From positions 24,430,001 through 24,494,000 of the forward strand of contig CM075989.1 of the NCBI GenBank assembly GCA_038087875.1: a stretch of DNA of 64,000 nt. The letters are read 5' to 3'. Positions within the stretch are counted from its first letter, which is position 1; the number at the start of each line of letters is the position of its first letter. Shown here piece by piece: positions 41,320 to 54,469 of the stretch. The position numbers were made by a program, and so were the translations under genes. The notes beneath the pieces were generated by a model, which did no database searches, was not told the origin of the DNA, and saw only the letters and a program-made list of their open reading frames with translations. The stretch is from Malacoraja senta. Its lineage: Eukaryota.

Positions 41320-43125
41320 GCAGGGGGAGGGGGGGGGAGAGGGAGACGGGGTGTGGAGAGAAGAGGGGGGGGAGAGGGAGACGGGGTGGGGAGAGGAGAG
41401 GGGGAGGGGGGGAGAGGGGGAGGAGGAAAGGGGAGAGATTGGGGAGGGAGAGGAGAGCAGGTGGGGTAGGGGGAGGAGAGTGGGGAGTGGGAGGAGAGCG
41501 GGGAGGGCAGGAATGGGGGAGAGGGGTAGGGGGTGGGAGAAGGGGGGAGGGGATGTTTGAGGTGGAGAGAGGGGAGTAGGGTGAAGAGAGGGGGAGAGAG
41601 AGGGATGGGGGACGGGAGGAGAGAGGGATGGGGAGGGGGGAGGGGTAGAGAGGTGTGGGGGAGAGGGGGGAGGGATGGGGAAGGAGGAGGGAGATGGGGT
41701 GGGGGGAGAGAGGGAGAAGAGTGGAGGGAAGGGTGAAGGGTGGGAGGAGAGAGAGGGAAAAGAGTGGGGAGGGAGAGTGGGAGGGGGAGGGGAGAGAGAA
41801 ATGGAAGAGTGGGGAGGGAGGGAGGGAGGGAGGGGGAGGGGGGTAGGGGGAGTGTTGGAAGAGGGACAGGGGGAGTGGTGGAAGAGGGACAGACGAAGTG
41901 GGGAGTGAGGGGGAGAGGGGTAGCAGGGAGTGGTGTAAGGAGAGGGGGAAGGGATGGGGGGGAGATGGGGGTGAAGAGGGGTGGGGGGAGGGAGGGAGGA
42001 TGGAGATGGGAGGGAGAGGGGAGAGAGGGGAAGAGTGTGGAGGGAGGGGGAGAGTGGGGAGGAGAAGGGGGTGGGGAGAGAGGGATGGGGGTGGGAGGGG
42101 TGGGGGAGAGGGATGGGGGTGGGAGGAGGAGGGAGGAGAGGGAGGGAGATGGAGAGGGGTGGGGGAGGGGAGGAGAGGAGAGAGGGATGGGGAGGGGGAG
42201 AGAGGTGTGAGGGAGGAGAGGAGGGAGATGGGGTAGGGGGTTGGGGGGAGAGGGATAGGGTGGGGGTAGTTGAGGGAGGGGGAAGAGTGTGGAGGGAGAG
42301 GAAGGGAGGGGAGAAGAGAGGGGTGGGTGAGGGAGATGGGGAAGAGTGTGGTGGGAGGGGAAAGGGGTAGGGGAGAGAGGGGGAAGAGTGGGGAGGGAGA
42401 GGGGAAGGGAGGGGGTAGAGGGGTTGGGGAGGGAGACGGGGAGGGGTTGGGAGATAAGTGGAAGAATGGGGAGGGAGGGGGAGAGGTGGAAGTGGGAGAG
42501 AGGGAGGGGGAGAGGGGTAGGGGGAGTGGTGGAAGAGGGGACAGCGGGGTACGGGGAAGGGGGCGGGGAGAGAGGGGAAGGGGGTGGGGAGAGAGGGGAT
42601 GGGGTGGGAGGAGGAGGGGGGGGGAAGATGGAGAGGGGGAGGAGAGGGGTGGGGGAGGCGAGGAGAGAGGGGAGGGGGAGAGAGATGTGGGGAGGGGGAG
42701 TGGGAGGTGAGGAGGGAGATGGGGTAGGGGGTAGAGGGGGGAGAGTGGGGATGGGGAAGGGGTGGGGGTGAGAGGGTAGGGGGTGGGGGAGAGGGAAGGG
42801 GGTTGGGGAGGGAAGAGGGGAGGGGGGTGAAGGGGTGGGGGAGTGGGATGGGGTGGGAGGAGGAGGGGAGGAGAGGGGATGGAGAGGGGGAGGAGAGAGG
42901 GATGGGGGAGGGGGGAGAGAGGGATGGGGGGGGGGGAGAGACGGACGGGGGAGTGGGGGGAGAGAGGATATGGAGGGAGGGGGAGAGAGGTGTGGGGGGG
43001 ATGGGGAGGGAGGGGAGGAGGGAGATGGGTAGGGTAGGTAGGGGGAAGAGTGTGGTGGGAGGGGGTGAGGGGGTGGGGGGAGAGGAGGGAATAGTGGGAG
43101 GGAGAGTGGAAGGGAGGGGTTGGGA
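41320..43125 (+). repeat. G/A-rich low-complexity tract
   Basis: Same composition as 38726-40098. Confidence 0.95.
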
Positions 43126-44564
43126 CAGTCCATCTGTTCCCCATTCCCTATCACCCCCAATAATCTTTCTCTATTCCCACACACGTGACGACGCGCTTCG
43201 ACCCAGGCTGCGGGGGGTGGGGGGGAGGGGCTGGGCTGGGGCTGCTGCAAAGGCATATGTAAATGAATCCATTCCGATTGGGCATATGTGAGCATTGGGC
43301 ATTGTGACATCACACGACGGCACCTTCACTAACATTCTATGGATGAGAGCTGTTTTTTAAAACATTTTGAAATTTTGGGGGTTGGGTGGGGGGAGAAGAG
43401 GATTTTATTAAAACGTGTACATAAACACGACGAAATTTAATCAGGAGCGGCTACTCGTAAAGAAAAGTGAAATCTCTACCGAAATGGAAAAAATCTCGGC
43501 GTTTCTGCGTGCGGTGTTGGCGTAGCGCGGTATCAAAGGCTGGCTGGCACAAGTCAAGCAGACACACACACACACGCACACACACGCACACACAGAGTTT
43601 TAAATATAGATAGATAGATGATTGAAACATTCATTTCTGCTGCCTGTACACTACCGAGAGGGAGCCATTCACCCAGATGCTTGAAAGCAAAGTATAAAGC
43701 TTAAAATACCTCCCAAGGATGCATATTGACATTAGTTGAGCATAGAAACATGCTTAACTGCTGCCATCTATGGGTAGGGTATAAAACTGTGCACAGATTA
43801 TAGTTTCTAATTCCCAATAATGTCAATGTTTTTGTCGTGAATATTACAACCCTGGCAGCAACATTATTGAATAATTATAATATGAAGCCAGGTGTACTTT
43901 TTCGAAGGGTTGGGCACAAGACCACTGGCCTGAGATGATTAATGTTCTTCTTTGCGCTTTGTTGTGTGCCTTCGATATAAACTTAGAGCGATATCAGATA
44001 ACCCTGTTCTTGGTGGATCAGCAGCCAGTTATTGTGTAGTAGAATGCTGAATCTGATCCTGTCAATCATGTAGCCAATAGCATCTGCAGCAATATGTGAT
44101 TGACGTAAGAATATCATTGTACATGAGGGTTTGAAAGCATTCTCATGTTAAAGGTGGATTGACCCGACTTCTAAGTGAGGCAATGAACCTTTTGCTAAAA
44201 GTTAATTAAATGACCTCAAGCTCAGAAGGGTGTAGAAAAGGGAATGTCTTCAAATTTTGCCCTTCAGTTACTGCTTTTTTCCAAAACTTGGCCAGTAGGC
44301 GTTCAACATTGCTGAACATTTGTGGAGAAGGCAGGACAAGAGGGTTGAGAGGGAAAGATAGATCAGCCATGATTGAATGACGGAGTGGTCTCAATTGGTC
44401 CAAATGGCTAATTCTGCTCCTATGCCTTTGGACAAAGAACGATCAAATCAAAAAAGCCCAAGTCTTCACTGCCCAGCAGTTCCAGCTGGAAAGACCACTA
44501 CAGGCATGTTGTGAGAAAGAGTCAGCTGAGCCTTTTCTCCAGGCATACAAATGTATAATCAAAA

Positions 44565-44900
44565 CATAGAAAAACAGGTGCAGGAGTAGGCCATTCGACC
44601 CTTCGAGCCAACACTGCCATTCAATATGATCATCGCTGATCATCTAAATCAGTACCCCGTTCCTGCTTTTCCCCATATCCCTTGATTCCTTTAGCCCTAA
44701 TAGCTAAATCTAACTCTTTCTTGAAAACAGCCAGTGAATGGCCTCCACTGTCTTCTGTGCCAGAGAATTCCACAAATTCACAACTCTCTGGGTGAAAAAG
44801 GATTTTCTCATCTCAGTCCGAAATGGCCTACCCCTTATTCTTAAACTGTGACCCCTGAATCTGGACTCCCCAACATCGGGAATATTGTTCCTGCATCTAG
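44565..44900 (-). mobile_element. CR1 LINE 3' end
   Basis: ORF piece RGHSLRIRGRPFRTEMRKSFFTQRVVNLWNSL; followed by a Harbinger MITE end (about 44905-45063) and further CR1 sequence. Confidence 0.85.
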
Positions 44901-45687
44901 CCATGTCGGTGACGCCTGTATGGTCGTGAGTAGTCGCGCAAAGAGTCGTACCTTTTTCTGGTCACCACTGGATTTTCAACATGTTGAAAGTTTTCGGCAA
45001 CCTGCTGCGACTATGACGGGTGCCAGCAAGTCGCCAAAAAATTGCATAAGTGGGACAGGCCCTTTAGTGAAGACAAAACCAAAGTACTCGTTTAACTGTT
45101 CTGCCATTTCCTTGTTTCCCATTATTAATTCACCTGTCTCTGATTTGGTCTTTATGATGAGCTTCTTATGGCCACAGTAGGAGAATAACCGAGAAAGGTG
45201 GAATAAAGTTTTACTTTTGTAATAAAATGTATTTTTTAGAACATTATTTTTCTCTTTCATTACCATTTAAATTAAAAATGGAGATCATAGCAGCGCGTTT
45301 ATAAATATTTAATCAGAATTTATATTCTTTCTATTCCCTATCCATTGATTTCCATAATCAAGACATTGTGAAATGAAGATACTATTTCCTGTGGAATGAA
45401 AGTGAATGTTACATGTCATTGATATTAGACTAAGCCTCTGGCAACTTGATAATGCCCACAACTTAATTTCAATATTGAACATCATTTAGCATGAGTAACC
45501 AGACAGTTAATGAACCAAGAAAATGCATTTGGTTTTATGTCACGGGAAATAAATTGATTGTTTTAAAAACTAGTTTTGAAAGTTAAATTGAATTTGAATT
45601 TGAAGTTAATTTGAATTTATTCAGCAGCAACGTGTTAATATTTTAACTCAACACACAAGTTCAGTTCAGTACCGAGGTACAGTGTAA

Positions 45688-45911
45688 ATGGCCTGTCCCA
45701 CTTGGCGATTTTTTTCGGCGACTGCCGGCGTCATATCAGGGTCGCCAAAAGATTTTGAACATTTCAAAATCCTGCGGCGACAAAAAAAATGTTGTGACAC
45801 TTGAAAAAACATCACGAGTCACACGTCATCACGCCACATCACAGGTGACCTGATGCATCAGTCAATCATGCCGGCAGTCGCCGAAAAAAATCGGCAAATG
45901 GGACAGGCCCT
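45688..45911. mobile_element. Complete 224-bp PIF/Harbinger-type MITE
   Basis: 42-bp TIR with three mismatches; TAA TSD (45685-45687, 45912-45914); interrupts a LINE tail (gaggtacagtg..aagctttt). Confidence 0.88.
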
Positions 45912-46764
45912 TAAAGCTTTTATTGCGTGCTATCCAGTCACCAGAAAGACAATACATGATTACAATTGTTTTTAGACACAGAGAAAGGAAAAGATGGATG
46001 GCAAGGGAAGATTATGGGGGATAGTTGCAGATGAAATAAGGTGTCATATAATGTGGTCTGAGGAGTTGTAGATGGAATGTTTATCTAAAGTTATAGGAGA
46101 ATGCGGAGTAAGTTTGCTAACACAGTGGGACTTTTTGTAGGCAGGGCTGCAATACAACCCAGCAGATAATCACAGATGCCAGGACTAGTGCAGGGTCAAT
46201 GTGTTAAACTCTTCCATGTAACTGACCAATGTATTCAATTAAGCAAGTGAAAGAAGAAAGTACATTATAGGAACTGCTTGTTAACCTTTTCTAAAATTGT
46301 TGCTGGAGCCGTGGTCCTCAAATTAGGTGCAATTACACTCAGTGGTAAACTCAAGGCAGCTTTACAGGCTATTTGGGGAAAAAAGTTTTTTTTTTTACAG
46401 CAAGCTGTTCAACATCTTCTTTGGAAGGAACATACTTCTCAAGCCCCTAAACTGGGAAAGTGGACACAATTCTTTCCTGTCCACCCTTTATAGCATCAGC
46501 TTTATCTGGCAATCACTCATGTTCATGTCCATGTACCTGTCGGTAATCAGAGTAAAATCTGAGACACAGATCATTGGCGGTACTGGTAATTCAAGGAATC
46601 TTTTACAGCACGGTGGCGAAGCGGTAGAGCTACTGTCTGCAAGGCAGCAACTGTGCTGCCCAATACTCTGGTGTTCTCTAGTGACAGACTTGTACCTACC
46701 AGTGCCAGAGTAATATTGCAAATTCTGTAACCATCAGTACTAGTACAGTACAGTATCATATATA

Positions 46765-47634
46765 AGCGAATGGTATGTTAGCATTCATAGCAAAAGGATT
46801 TGAGTATAGGAGCAGAGAGGTTCTACTGCAGCTGTACAGGGTCTTGGTGAGACCATACCTGGAGTATTGCGTACAGTTTTTGTAAAGAAGCTATAACGAC
46901 ACATCGTTACTTTACTATCTTTATTCATACTGGAGCATTACATATTGCACTAGCTGTACGTGGTCTGTCACAGGAACTAGAGAGCGATCTGTGGGTGGGG
47001 AGGTTGTAGTTATACTTGTGATATGGGGAGTGGTTAGTAGTGATGAGGTCACTATATTAAAGGCACATGCATATATCATCTACAGTTTTGGTCTCCAAAT
47101 CTGAGGAAGGACATTCTTGCCATAGAGGGAGTACAGAGAAGGTTCACCAGACTGATTCCTGGGATGTCAGGACTTTCATATGAAGAAAGACTGGATAGAC
47201 TCAGCTTGTACGCGCTAGAATTTAGAAGATTGAGGGGGGGTCTTATAGAAACTTACAAAATTCTTAAGGGGTTGGACAGGCTAGATGCAGGAAGATTGTT
47301 CCCGATGTTGGGGAAGTCCAGGACAAGGGGTCACCGTTTAAGGATAAAGGGGAAATCCTTTAGGACCGAGATGAGAAAAACATTTTTCACACAGAGAGTG
47401 GTGAATCTCTGGAACTCTCTGCCACAGAAGGTAGTTGAGGCCAGTTCATTGGCTATATTTAAGAGGGAGTTAGATGTGGCCCTTGTGGCTAAAGGGATCA
47501 GGGGGTATGGAGAGAAGGCAGGTACAGGATACTGAGTTGGATGATCAGCCATGATCATATTGAATGGCGGTGCTGGCTCGAAGGGCCGAATGGCCTACTC
47601 CTGCACCTATTTTTCTATGTTTCTATGTTTCTAT
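46765..47634 (+). mobile_element. CR1 LINE 3' part (ORF2 C-terminus), interrupted by a solo LTR
   Basis: ORF 47164-47535 GLSYEERL...FFTQRVVNLWNSLPQKVVEA; (TTTCTATG)n tail; a second CR1 3' end follows at about 47637-48010. Confidence 0.92.
46881..47084 (-). mobile_element. Putative solo LTR (204 bp)
   Basis: TGTA...TACA termini; 5-bp TSD GTTTT; removing it restores the CR1 sequence; AATAAA on the minus strand. Confidence 0.75.
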
Positions 47635-49063
47635 AAACATTTAAAATCTTAAGGGATTGGACAGGATTGATGCAGGAAAAATGTTCCCAATGTTGGCAGA
47701 GTCCAGAATCAGGGATCACAGTTTAACAATAAGGGGTAGGCCATTTCGGACTGAGATGAGGAAAAACCTTTTCACCCAGAGAGTTGTGAATCTGTGGAAT
47801 TCTCTGCCACAGAGGCAACGGTGGCCAATTCACTGGATTTTTTCAAGAGAGAGTTAGATTTAGCTCAGGGCTGAACGGAATCAAGGGATATGGGGGAAAA
47901 AGCAGGAACGGGGTACTGATTTTGGATGATCAGCCATGATCATATTGAATGGCGGTGCTGGCTCGAAGGGCCGAATGGCCTAATCCTGCACCTATTTTCT
48001 ATGTTTCTAAGTTTACTATACGCCAGTGTTATAAAGTGACAGAGCCATACTTCTCATTGCTGTATCTGCTTTTAGAGGTAATAATTTGATACTTTTGGCT
48101 GTACTGCAGCGTTGCAATGAATAGACCGGTGACTGCCAGTACTGAAGGTTTGCATATGGTTCCAGATCTTGACCATGATTTATTTTGATTCTCTAAGTTT
48201 AAATTCTTAATGTAAGATGAAATAAACTAACATTTGTTATATATCTGACCCTTGAACTTTTTTCACCAATTCAGAATATTCTTCGATAAAAACTTTGGAC
48301 ATTATAATGTTAATCATCAGGTTGGTTTGTCTCATCCCATTCTGTATTCTTTTTGTTCCCAGTCTTTAGAGTTTCAATTAAAGTTTCAGATTGAAGGAAT
48401 GCATCGGAGGTCAAGGTGACTCGAAAGGCCAAGCCAGAATGTTTGAGAACCACTGAATTTTTAATTAATGTATCATAAAATTGATTGGTAGTTGTGTGCA
48501 TTTTTCCTCTCAGCCTGATTATGCGATGACCAAATATTGCACAGAAAGCTGTATTAAGAACTGGTATGTTTTTAATAAGTGAACCAGTCTTGCTGAGTTC
48601 ACCAATTGACCGAGCTATGTCAAGCTTGATTTTAAACAAGCCACAGTACTTGATATAACACAGACTTACTGTTTTATCTCTATTTCACTTATTTGAACAA
48701 CTATGCTCTTGTGGATTCTAGATTAAGCCAGCAATTAAATTGTATTTTGCTTCTCTTCCATTTCCAGTGGTAACTGATTTGAAAATGATTTAAAAAAAAC
48801 TATTTTAAAACTCTGAATCTTTATTTCAATATGCATATTTGAAGAGAAAATTGGTTAAAAAAATGTGAAGCTATCATTGTGAAATGCAATTTTGTGATAG
48901 TAGCATGTCAAAAACTAATTTACAATTGTTGGTAAAGAAATATATAATGTAACTTTGAAGAGATGTTGAGGAGTTTCCTTCCTTTGATTTCAAGCATAAG
49001 CAATGCCATCCTTAAATTTATTGAAACGATGACACCTTTCATTCTTTCTTTTAACATGTTCAG

Positions 49064-49163
49064 CATTTCTTGAATGCAAGAGTGATGGGACAGCTCCGGT
49101 CATTATATTTATTTGCAAGATGTTTGCTGTTGACTCCAAGGGTATACCCCAGAATAAGCCAAG
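49064..49163 (+). CDS. EFL1: EFL1 coding exon (start of domain II)
   Basis: ttcag| acceptor and AG|gtaggt donor. Translates (A)[32 protein letters not shown](R). 100 nt, phase 1 to 2. The next exon was not found in the window. Confidence 0.95.
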
Positions 49164-50204
49164 GTAGGTGATGCTAATTGGCTTGTATAGTTTTGTACAA
49201 GACCGTTTTCAGTTTCCTGATCCATTTGCTAACTCAGCTCTCAAATAAACAGTCATCGCAGGTTTTGTAACAAATATATGTAGTGGGGGGACCCAGCGTG
49301 AGGGGAACCGCTGAGAGCTAAGAGGGACCAGAAATGGAATGTGTTAAAAATGGTTTGTGTAAAATGGAATACTTTGTAACCTTGTCGGCGCCCTTTATGT
49401 GGCCACTCTTCGCACACCTTGGGTACGCAAAACAAAGAATATCACTGTGACAACAAAGGTGGAATTAAGTCGACTCCGCCATTCAAACATGGCTGATCTA
49501 TCTCTCCTTCCTAACCCATTTACCTGCCCATAACCTCTGACACCTGTACTAATCAAGAATGTATCTATCTGTGCCTTAAAAATATCCTCTGATTCCACAT
49601 ATTTACCACACTCTAAAGAAATTCTCCTCATCTCCTTGCTATAAGAACGTCCTTTAATTCTGAGGCTCTGACCTCTAGTTCTAGACTCTCCCACAAATGG
49701 AAACATCCTCTCCATATCCACTCTATCCAAGCCTTTCACTATTCTATATTCTTCTAAACACCAGCGAGTTTGTTGCCTCGTCATTGTTGGTATGCTCACT
49801 GTTGTTCTGGGCTCTCAGCCGGATGATCGCTGGGATGTCTAACCTCTAACTGGTAATGACAGCCCTGAAAATCCTCAGCATACCATGAGTTGTGGATCAC
49901 TCGTCCCACCATCGATTCTGTATGCCTCTGATCTTTCTGTTAGACATGAGCTTGTCGAGCTGCTGCTTTTCCCTTGAGATGGGGTGACGTTTTTACTCCG
50001 GGAACACCTCACACTTACATTTGCAGCGAATGAATCTCCTGGATCTCATGGATAATCTCAACCAACCAGTCTTGATGTTTATTTTTGCGAAAGAAGCCTC
50101 ATCTGACGTGCTGATTACAGTATAGTGTATGTTAGAGCACTCGGAGCACTCTGTGTCCCCTGGCACCAGGTTATCTGGGAGGTGCTGCTTTATTTAAGGG
50201 TGGT

Positions 50205-50492
50205 CATGGTGGCACAGCGCTTGCATGGTCGGAGACCTGGGTTCGATCCCAACTACGGGTGCTGTCTGTAAGGAGTTTGTATGTTCTCCCCGTGACCGCG
50301 TGGGTTTTCTCTGAGATCTTCGGTTTCCTCCCACACTCCAAAGATGTACAGGTTTGTAGGTTAATTGGCTTGGTGTATGTGCAAATTGTCCCTAGTGGGA
50401 TAGTGTTAATGTGCGGGGATCGCAGGTTGCTGCGGACTTGGTGGGCCAAAGGGCCTGTTTCCGCACTGTGTCTCTAAACTAGACTAAAACTA
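50205..50492 (+). mobile_element. V-SINE (HE1-like)
   Basis: B box GGTTCGATCCC, V-domain, CR1-like tail. Confidence 0.85.
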
Positions 50493-51337
50493 ATTTGTGG
50501 AGAACTTGTGCCATTATATTGAAATTAAGCTGACGGTGATAAAAGCAGATACGGCAGTGGTCAGTCCAACAGTCGGCAGTACCTGTCAAAGCACCGATGA
50601 TGGAACATTCATGCCGTCTACTACTTGAATAATGATGGAACTTTACAAATGCTGCTGCCTGTAATGAGGATGTTGCCATAGCAATGCATCATTCCCTCAT
50701 TGTTGCCCTTAAATATCAACCTTGAATAATTGTTCAAAAAACAGGGATTGGGTCTAGTGCTCTTAGAGGACATATCTCCTCCTGAGCCAAACAGTTAAAC
50801 CATTAGCAGGTCAGAACTTCATCTTATGGCTGTATTTTCTTTTGGTTTTTGCTGGCAATTCCACACAGAGTTGTCGGCTTGTCGCAGCATTAAGTCGACA
50901 GGTTCTGGACTCGTGCGTGATTCGGGAAATCCAGAACTTGTTGGCGAGCTCTGGCAGCTGTGCCCTGGCTCCTCTCCACCATTAGATCCCCAAAGGGGCA
51001 CCATAACACAGGAGGACCTCGCTGAGATAACCGAGCATTCATGCTTGCAGGATCAGCACATTTAATTATTTGATTGATGATTGTAGGGCTGCACAACTGG
51101 AAGAATAATGTACGTCATTTAAAAAAAATATTTGAGTTTAATGCTCGTCAAATGCTTTGGGGCCTTTGCTGTCGTCATGGCGGTGCTATCTGTCAAGGAT
51201 TGGGGAGTTTGATGGTGGGTTTTGTTCTTACCACCACATCTCAATCCAGGTCCTACCATTCATTGCTCATGGCTTCTGTGCTCAGAAACAGGACTATCTA
51301 AGTCAATATGATCTCTGGAATTGGAGAACATGAGTTT

Positions 51338-52519
51338 TCAAGTCAAGTCACATTTATTTATATAGCACATTTAAAAACAACTCTCGTTGACCAAAGTGCT
51401 TTACATTTGTTATACGAATAGTATACACAAGCAAACTACCTACATATATACAAATAGCCCTCGCTCAGAGGACGTCAGGAAAGGCTTGGGAGAACAGATA
51501 AGTTTTTAGTCTAGACTTAAAGGAGTCGATGGAGGGGGCAGTTCTGATGGGAAGGGGGATGCTGTTCCACAAGTCTAGGAGCTGCAACTGCAAAGGCGCG
51601 GTCGCCCCTGAGCTTATGCCTAGACTGCGGGACATTCAGCAACCCCAAGTCGGCCGATCTGAGGGACCTGGAGGTGGTGTAGTGGGTGAGAAGACTTTTA
51701 ATGTAGGTGGGTGCAAGCCCATTGAGGGCTTTGTAGACAAAGAGGAGGGTCTTGAAATTTATTCGGAACCGCACAGGGAGCCAGTGGAGAGAGGCCAGGA
51801 TCGGGGTGATGTGGTCCCTTTTTCGGGTGCCCGTCAGGAGTCTCGCTGCGGCGTTTTGGATCAGTTGCAGTCGGGACAGGGAAGATTGGCTGATGCCAGT
51901 GTAAAGGGAGTTGCAGTAATCTAGGCGGGAGGAGATAAATGTGTGGATGATCTTTTCGAGGTCATCAAACTGGAGGAATTGTTTTATTTTAGCTATCATC
52001 CGAAACTGAAAGAAGCTAGCTTTTACCACGGCATTGACTTGTTTGTCAAATTTCAGTGCTGAGTCAAATATCATGCCAAGGTTTTTGACATGAGGTTTGA
52101 GTAGTGGGGTAAGGCTTCCAAGGCTGCCTGCTATTATTTTGATTGAGTTCGAGGGGCCGAGAAGGATGACCTCAGACTTACTCTCGTTTAGTTGGAGGAA
52201 GTTCTGGGCCATCCAGCACTTTATATCCTCGAGGCAGCGGGTAAGGTTAAGCAAATTTGATTGGTTTTTGGGCTTCAGGGGGAGATAGAGTTGTGTATAG
52301 TCTGCGTAGCAATGGAAGGAAATGCCATGCCTTTCAATGACTTGACCTAAGGGGAGCATATACAGGGAGAAGAGAATGGGGCCAAGGATGGAACCTTGTG
52401 GAACCCCACAGCAGAGACTAGCTGGGGAGGAGAAAGAGTTTCCTATGTTGGTAGAGAAACTCCTACCTTTGAGGTAGGAGATGAACCAGCTCAGGGCAGT
52501 GCCATCAATACCAACCCCG
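51338..52519 (-). mobile_element. L2-clade LINE, 5'-truncated, RT C-terminal part
   Basis: ORF 51517-52359; upstream GVPQGSILGP; catalytic motif reads YADY instead of YADD; frameshift near the end; nearly identical to 32207-33017. Confidence 0.92.
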
Positions 52520-54469
52520 TTTTGGGGGAAAGGGGAATCCCTGCCCTACTGGGGACAATCCTGTTGCAGCAATTCAATCATCCTCAATAAACAACATTCT
52601 GCAGGAGTCCTGATGCAGGGTCTCGACCTAAAGTGTTGACCATCCCTTCACCTCCACTTCCTTCAGCAGACTTTTTTGGCACTGATTTACAGCACCTGCA
52701 GTCTCATTTTCTGCAAGGATTTACACTAGCTTTGAACAGTGGTTAATTAGGACGGTGGGGGAAATAAGGAATGGACTGGTTGGTGAGAAGACAGGGGAGA
52801 TCAAGCCCCTAGTCTTCAAGTGCTGTTAGCACCAGGAGTTGTGTTTTCATTGTGGTTGTCACAGAAATGTATTCTGACCTGAGGGAGGAGATTATTACAA
52901 CCCTGATTGAGTGGAGGTCAGGAGTGGGACGATTCATTTTTATGGCATTTGGAGAATATTGTTGCCACGGCCCCTATTTGGTTGAGTTTATCATCTCTCC
53001 ACTGGTCTTGACCAAGTTAAAATTAGGGCTGTTGTTTTTTTGGGGGAAGTTAGTATAAAGATCTTGAGTGCTGATATAAGCAATAAATTTAATAACACAG
53101 CCCATGAGCAAGCTTCTAACCCAGCGACCTGTTCTATTGCTGGATTGCAAACTGTTTGGAAAAAAGTCCTAAGCAATCTGCGTTTTGATTTAAAAGATAT
53201 TCCAAATCCATGTCAACCCTGACAACAAGTAATTCTTAGTCATTTAGGTCATGGAGACTTGTATAAATATTCTGGAATAAAATTTGCCAACTGGAAAAAT
53301 CAATCAAGACAGAAACCTTTTTAATTGTTTTTTTGTGAGTTTAAAAACCCATGAAGACAAAATAGTATTTTGTTCTTATTTTGATGAAAGAAATGACTAC
53401 AAGTACTCCTGAGTTCAGAAAATGGATTTAAGAAATTAGATTTTAACTTAATTTACATTCTCATTAATTCCTGCATAAAGTGATTGTGTTCTACCAGATA
53501 ACGAGAAGCTTGTTTTGGAACATGGTGAGTTGCCTAAATATAGGACATTGTTGTTTCAGATTGTATCCATCATCTTGAAAGTTAGACAATGGAAACCACA
53601 GTCAAAACAAATGTTGGTGAACAGCATACTTGGCTGTACACAGCAGCAAGCCTGTAGGACTTGGTTCAATGCCAAGTGTCACATTGTACTGATTAAACAT
53701 GCAGCAGTAACCAATTGCAACTTTTTTTGCTTCCAAGTGTGGATATCTTATGTTCATAAATCTTTAGCAAGCTGGCAAAATTGATTGCTGAGCAAAGTTT
53801 AAAATTAGTTTTGGCATTTCATTTTCTTGTATTAGACTATTGAAATTCGGTAACGAGAAGATACTTTTCTGTGTTGCATGATTTGCATTTTGTGTAGAAG
53901 TAACTTTACTTTGGAACTTGTAGTCCATTTCCAGCCATTCTGTGATATGAGCAACAATTCTTGTACAAAACCTTTCAGAGGGTATTGACTTATTGTCTAA
54001 TTTTTGAAGTACATTAAGTGAAGCTGCAATGTGCCTTAATGTTTTGATAAAAAATATGATTTTAATGCATAAAGAAAACCTTGCTTCAAAGTATAATTGC
54101 TAGGTCGCTTTTTATGTGTTTTTCTTTCCTTGTCTATTAATGCTGTAATTTAATATCTAACATTTCTGCTGAAAATGTGTTTCCACTTATCCGTAGATTT
54201 AGGCTAAGGCAAAATATTCCGGATTATTCCAGGAGTCTGACAACAGGATAAATTAACCAGCGTGTACATTTTAAGGCTACAGCTTTATTGCCAGACTCAG
54301 GTCACACTTTCATTGCACATTAACCGACAAATAGCAGCTGATTGGAAAGAGAGGGATCTGTGAGACATTTAGATTTCTTGAGCACCATGTTAACACAGTG
54401 CAGGGCTGAGTTTTTTTTTATCTGAACCAAGTATTAACTGATGGGTACTATCTGAGTTTGCTGGATTTT

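Larger units (their letters stand above)
40553..43618 (-). mobile_element. Non-autonomous Helitron, copy 2 (head-to-tail with copy 1)
   Basis: Same termini; its last ~500 bp on + (about 43120-43618) closely match the end of copy 1 (about 40090-40552); A|TC at the outer 5' end. Confidence 0.8.

Noticed and set aside
38655..43313. Long Pro-rich (532, 615, 673 aa) and Gly/Arg/Glu-rich ORFs
   Set aside because: Artefacts of G/A low-complexity tracts that lack stop codons; they lie inside Helitron copies and show no domain.
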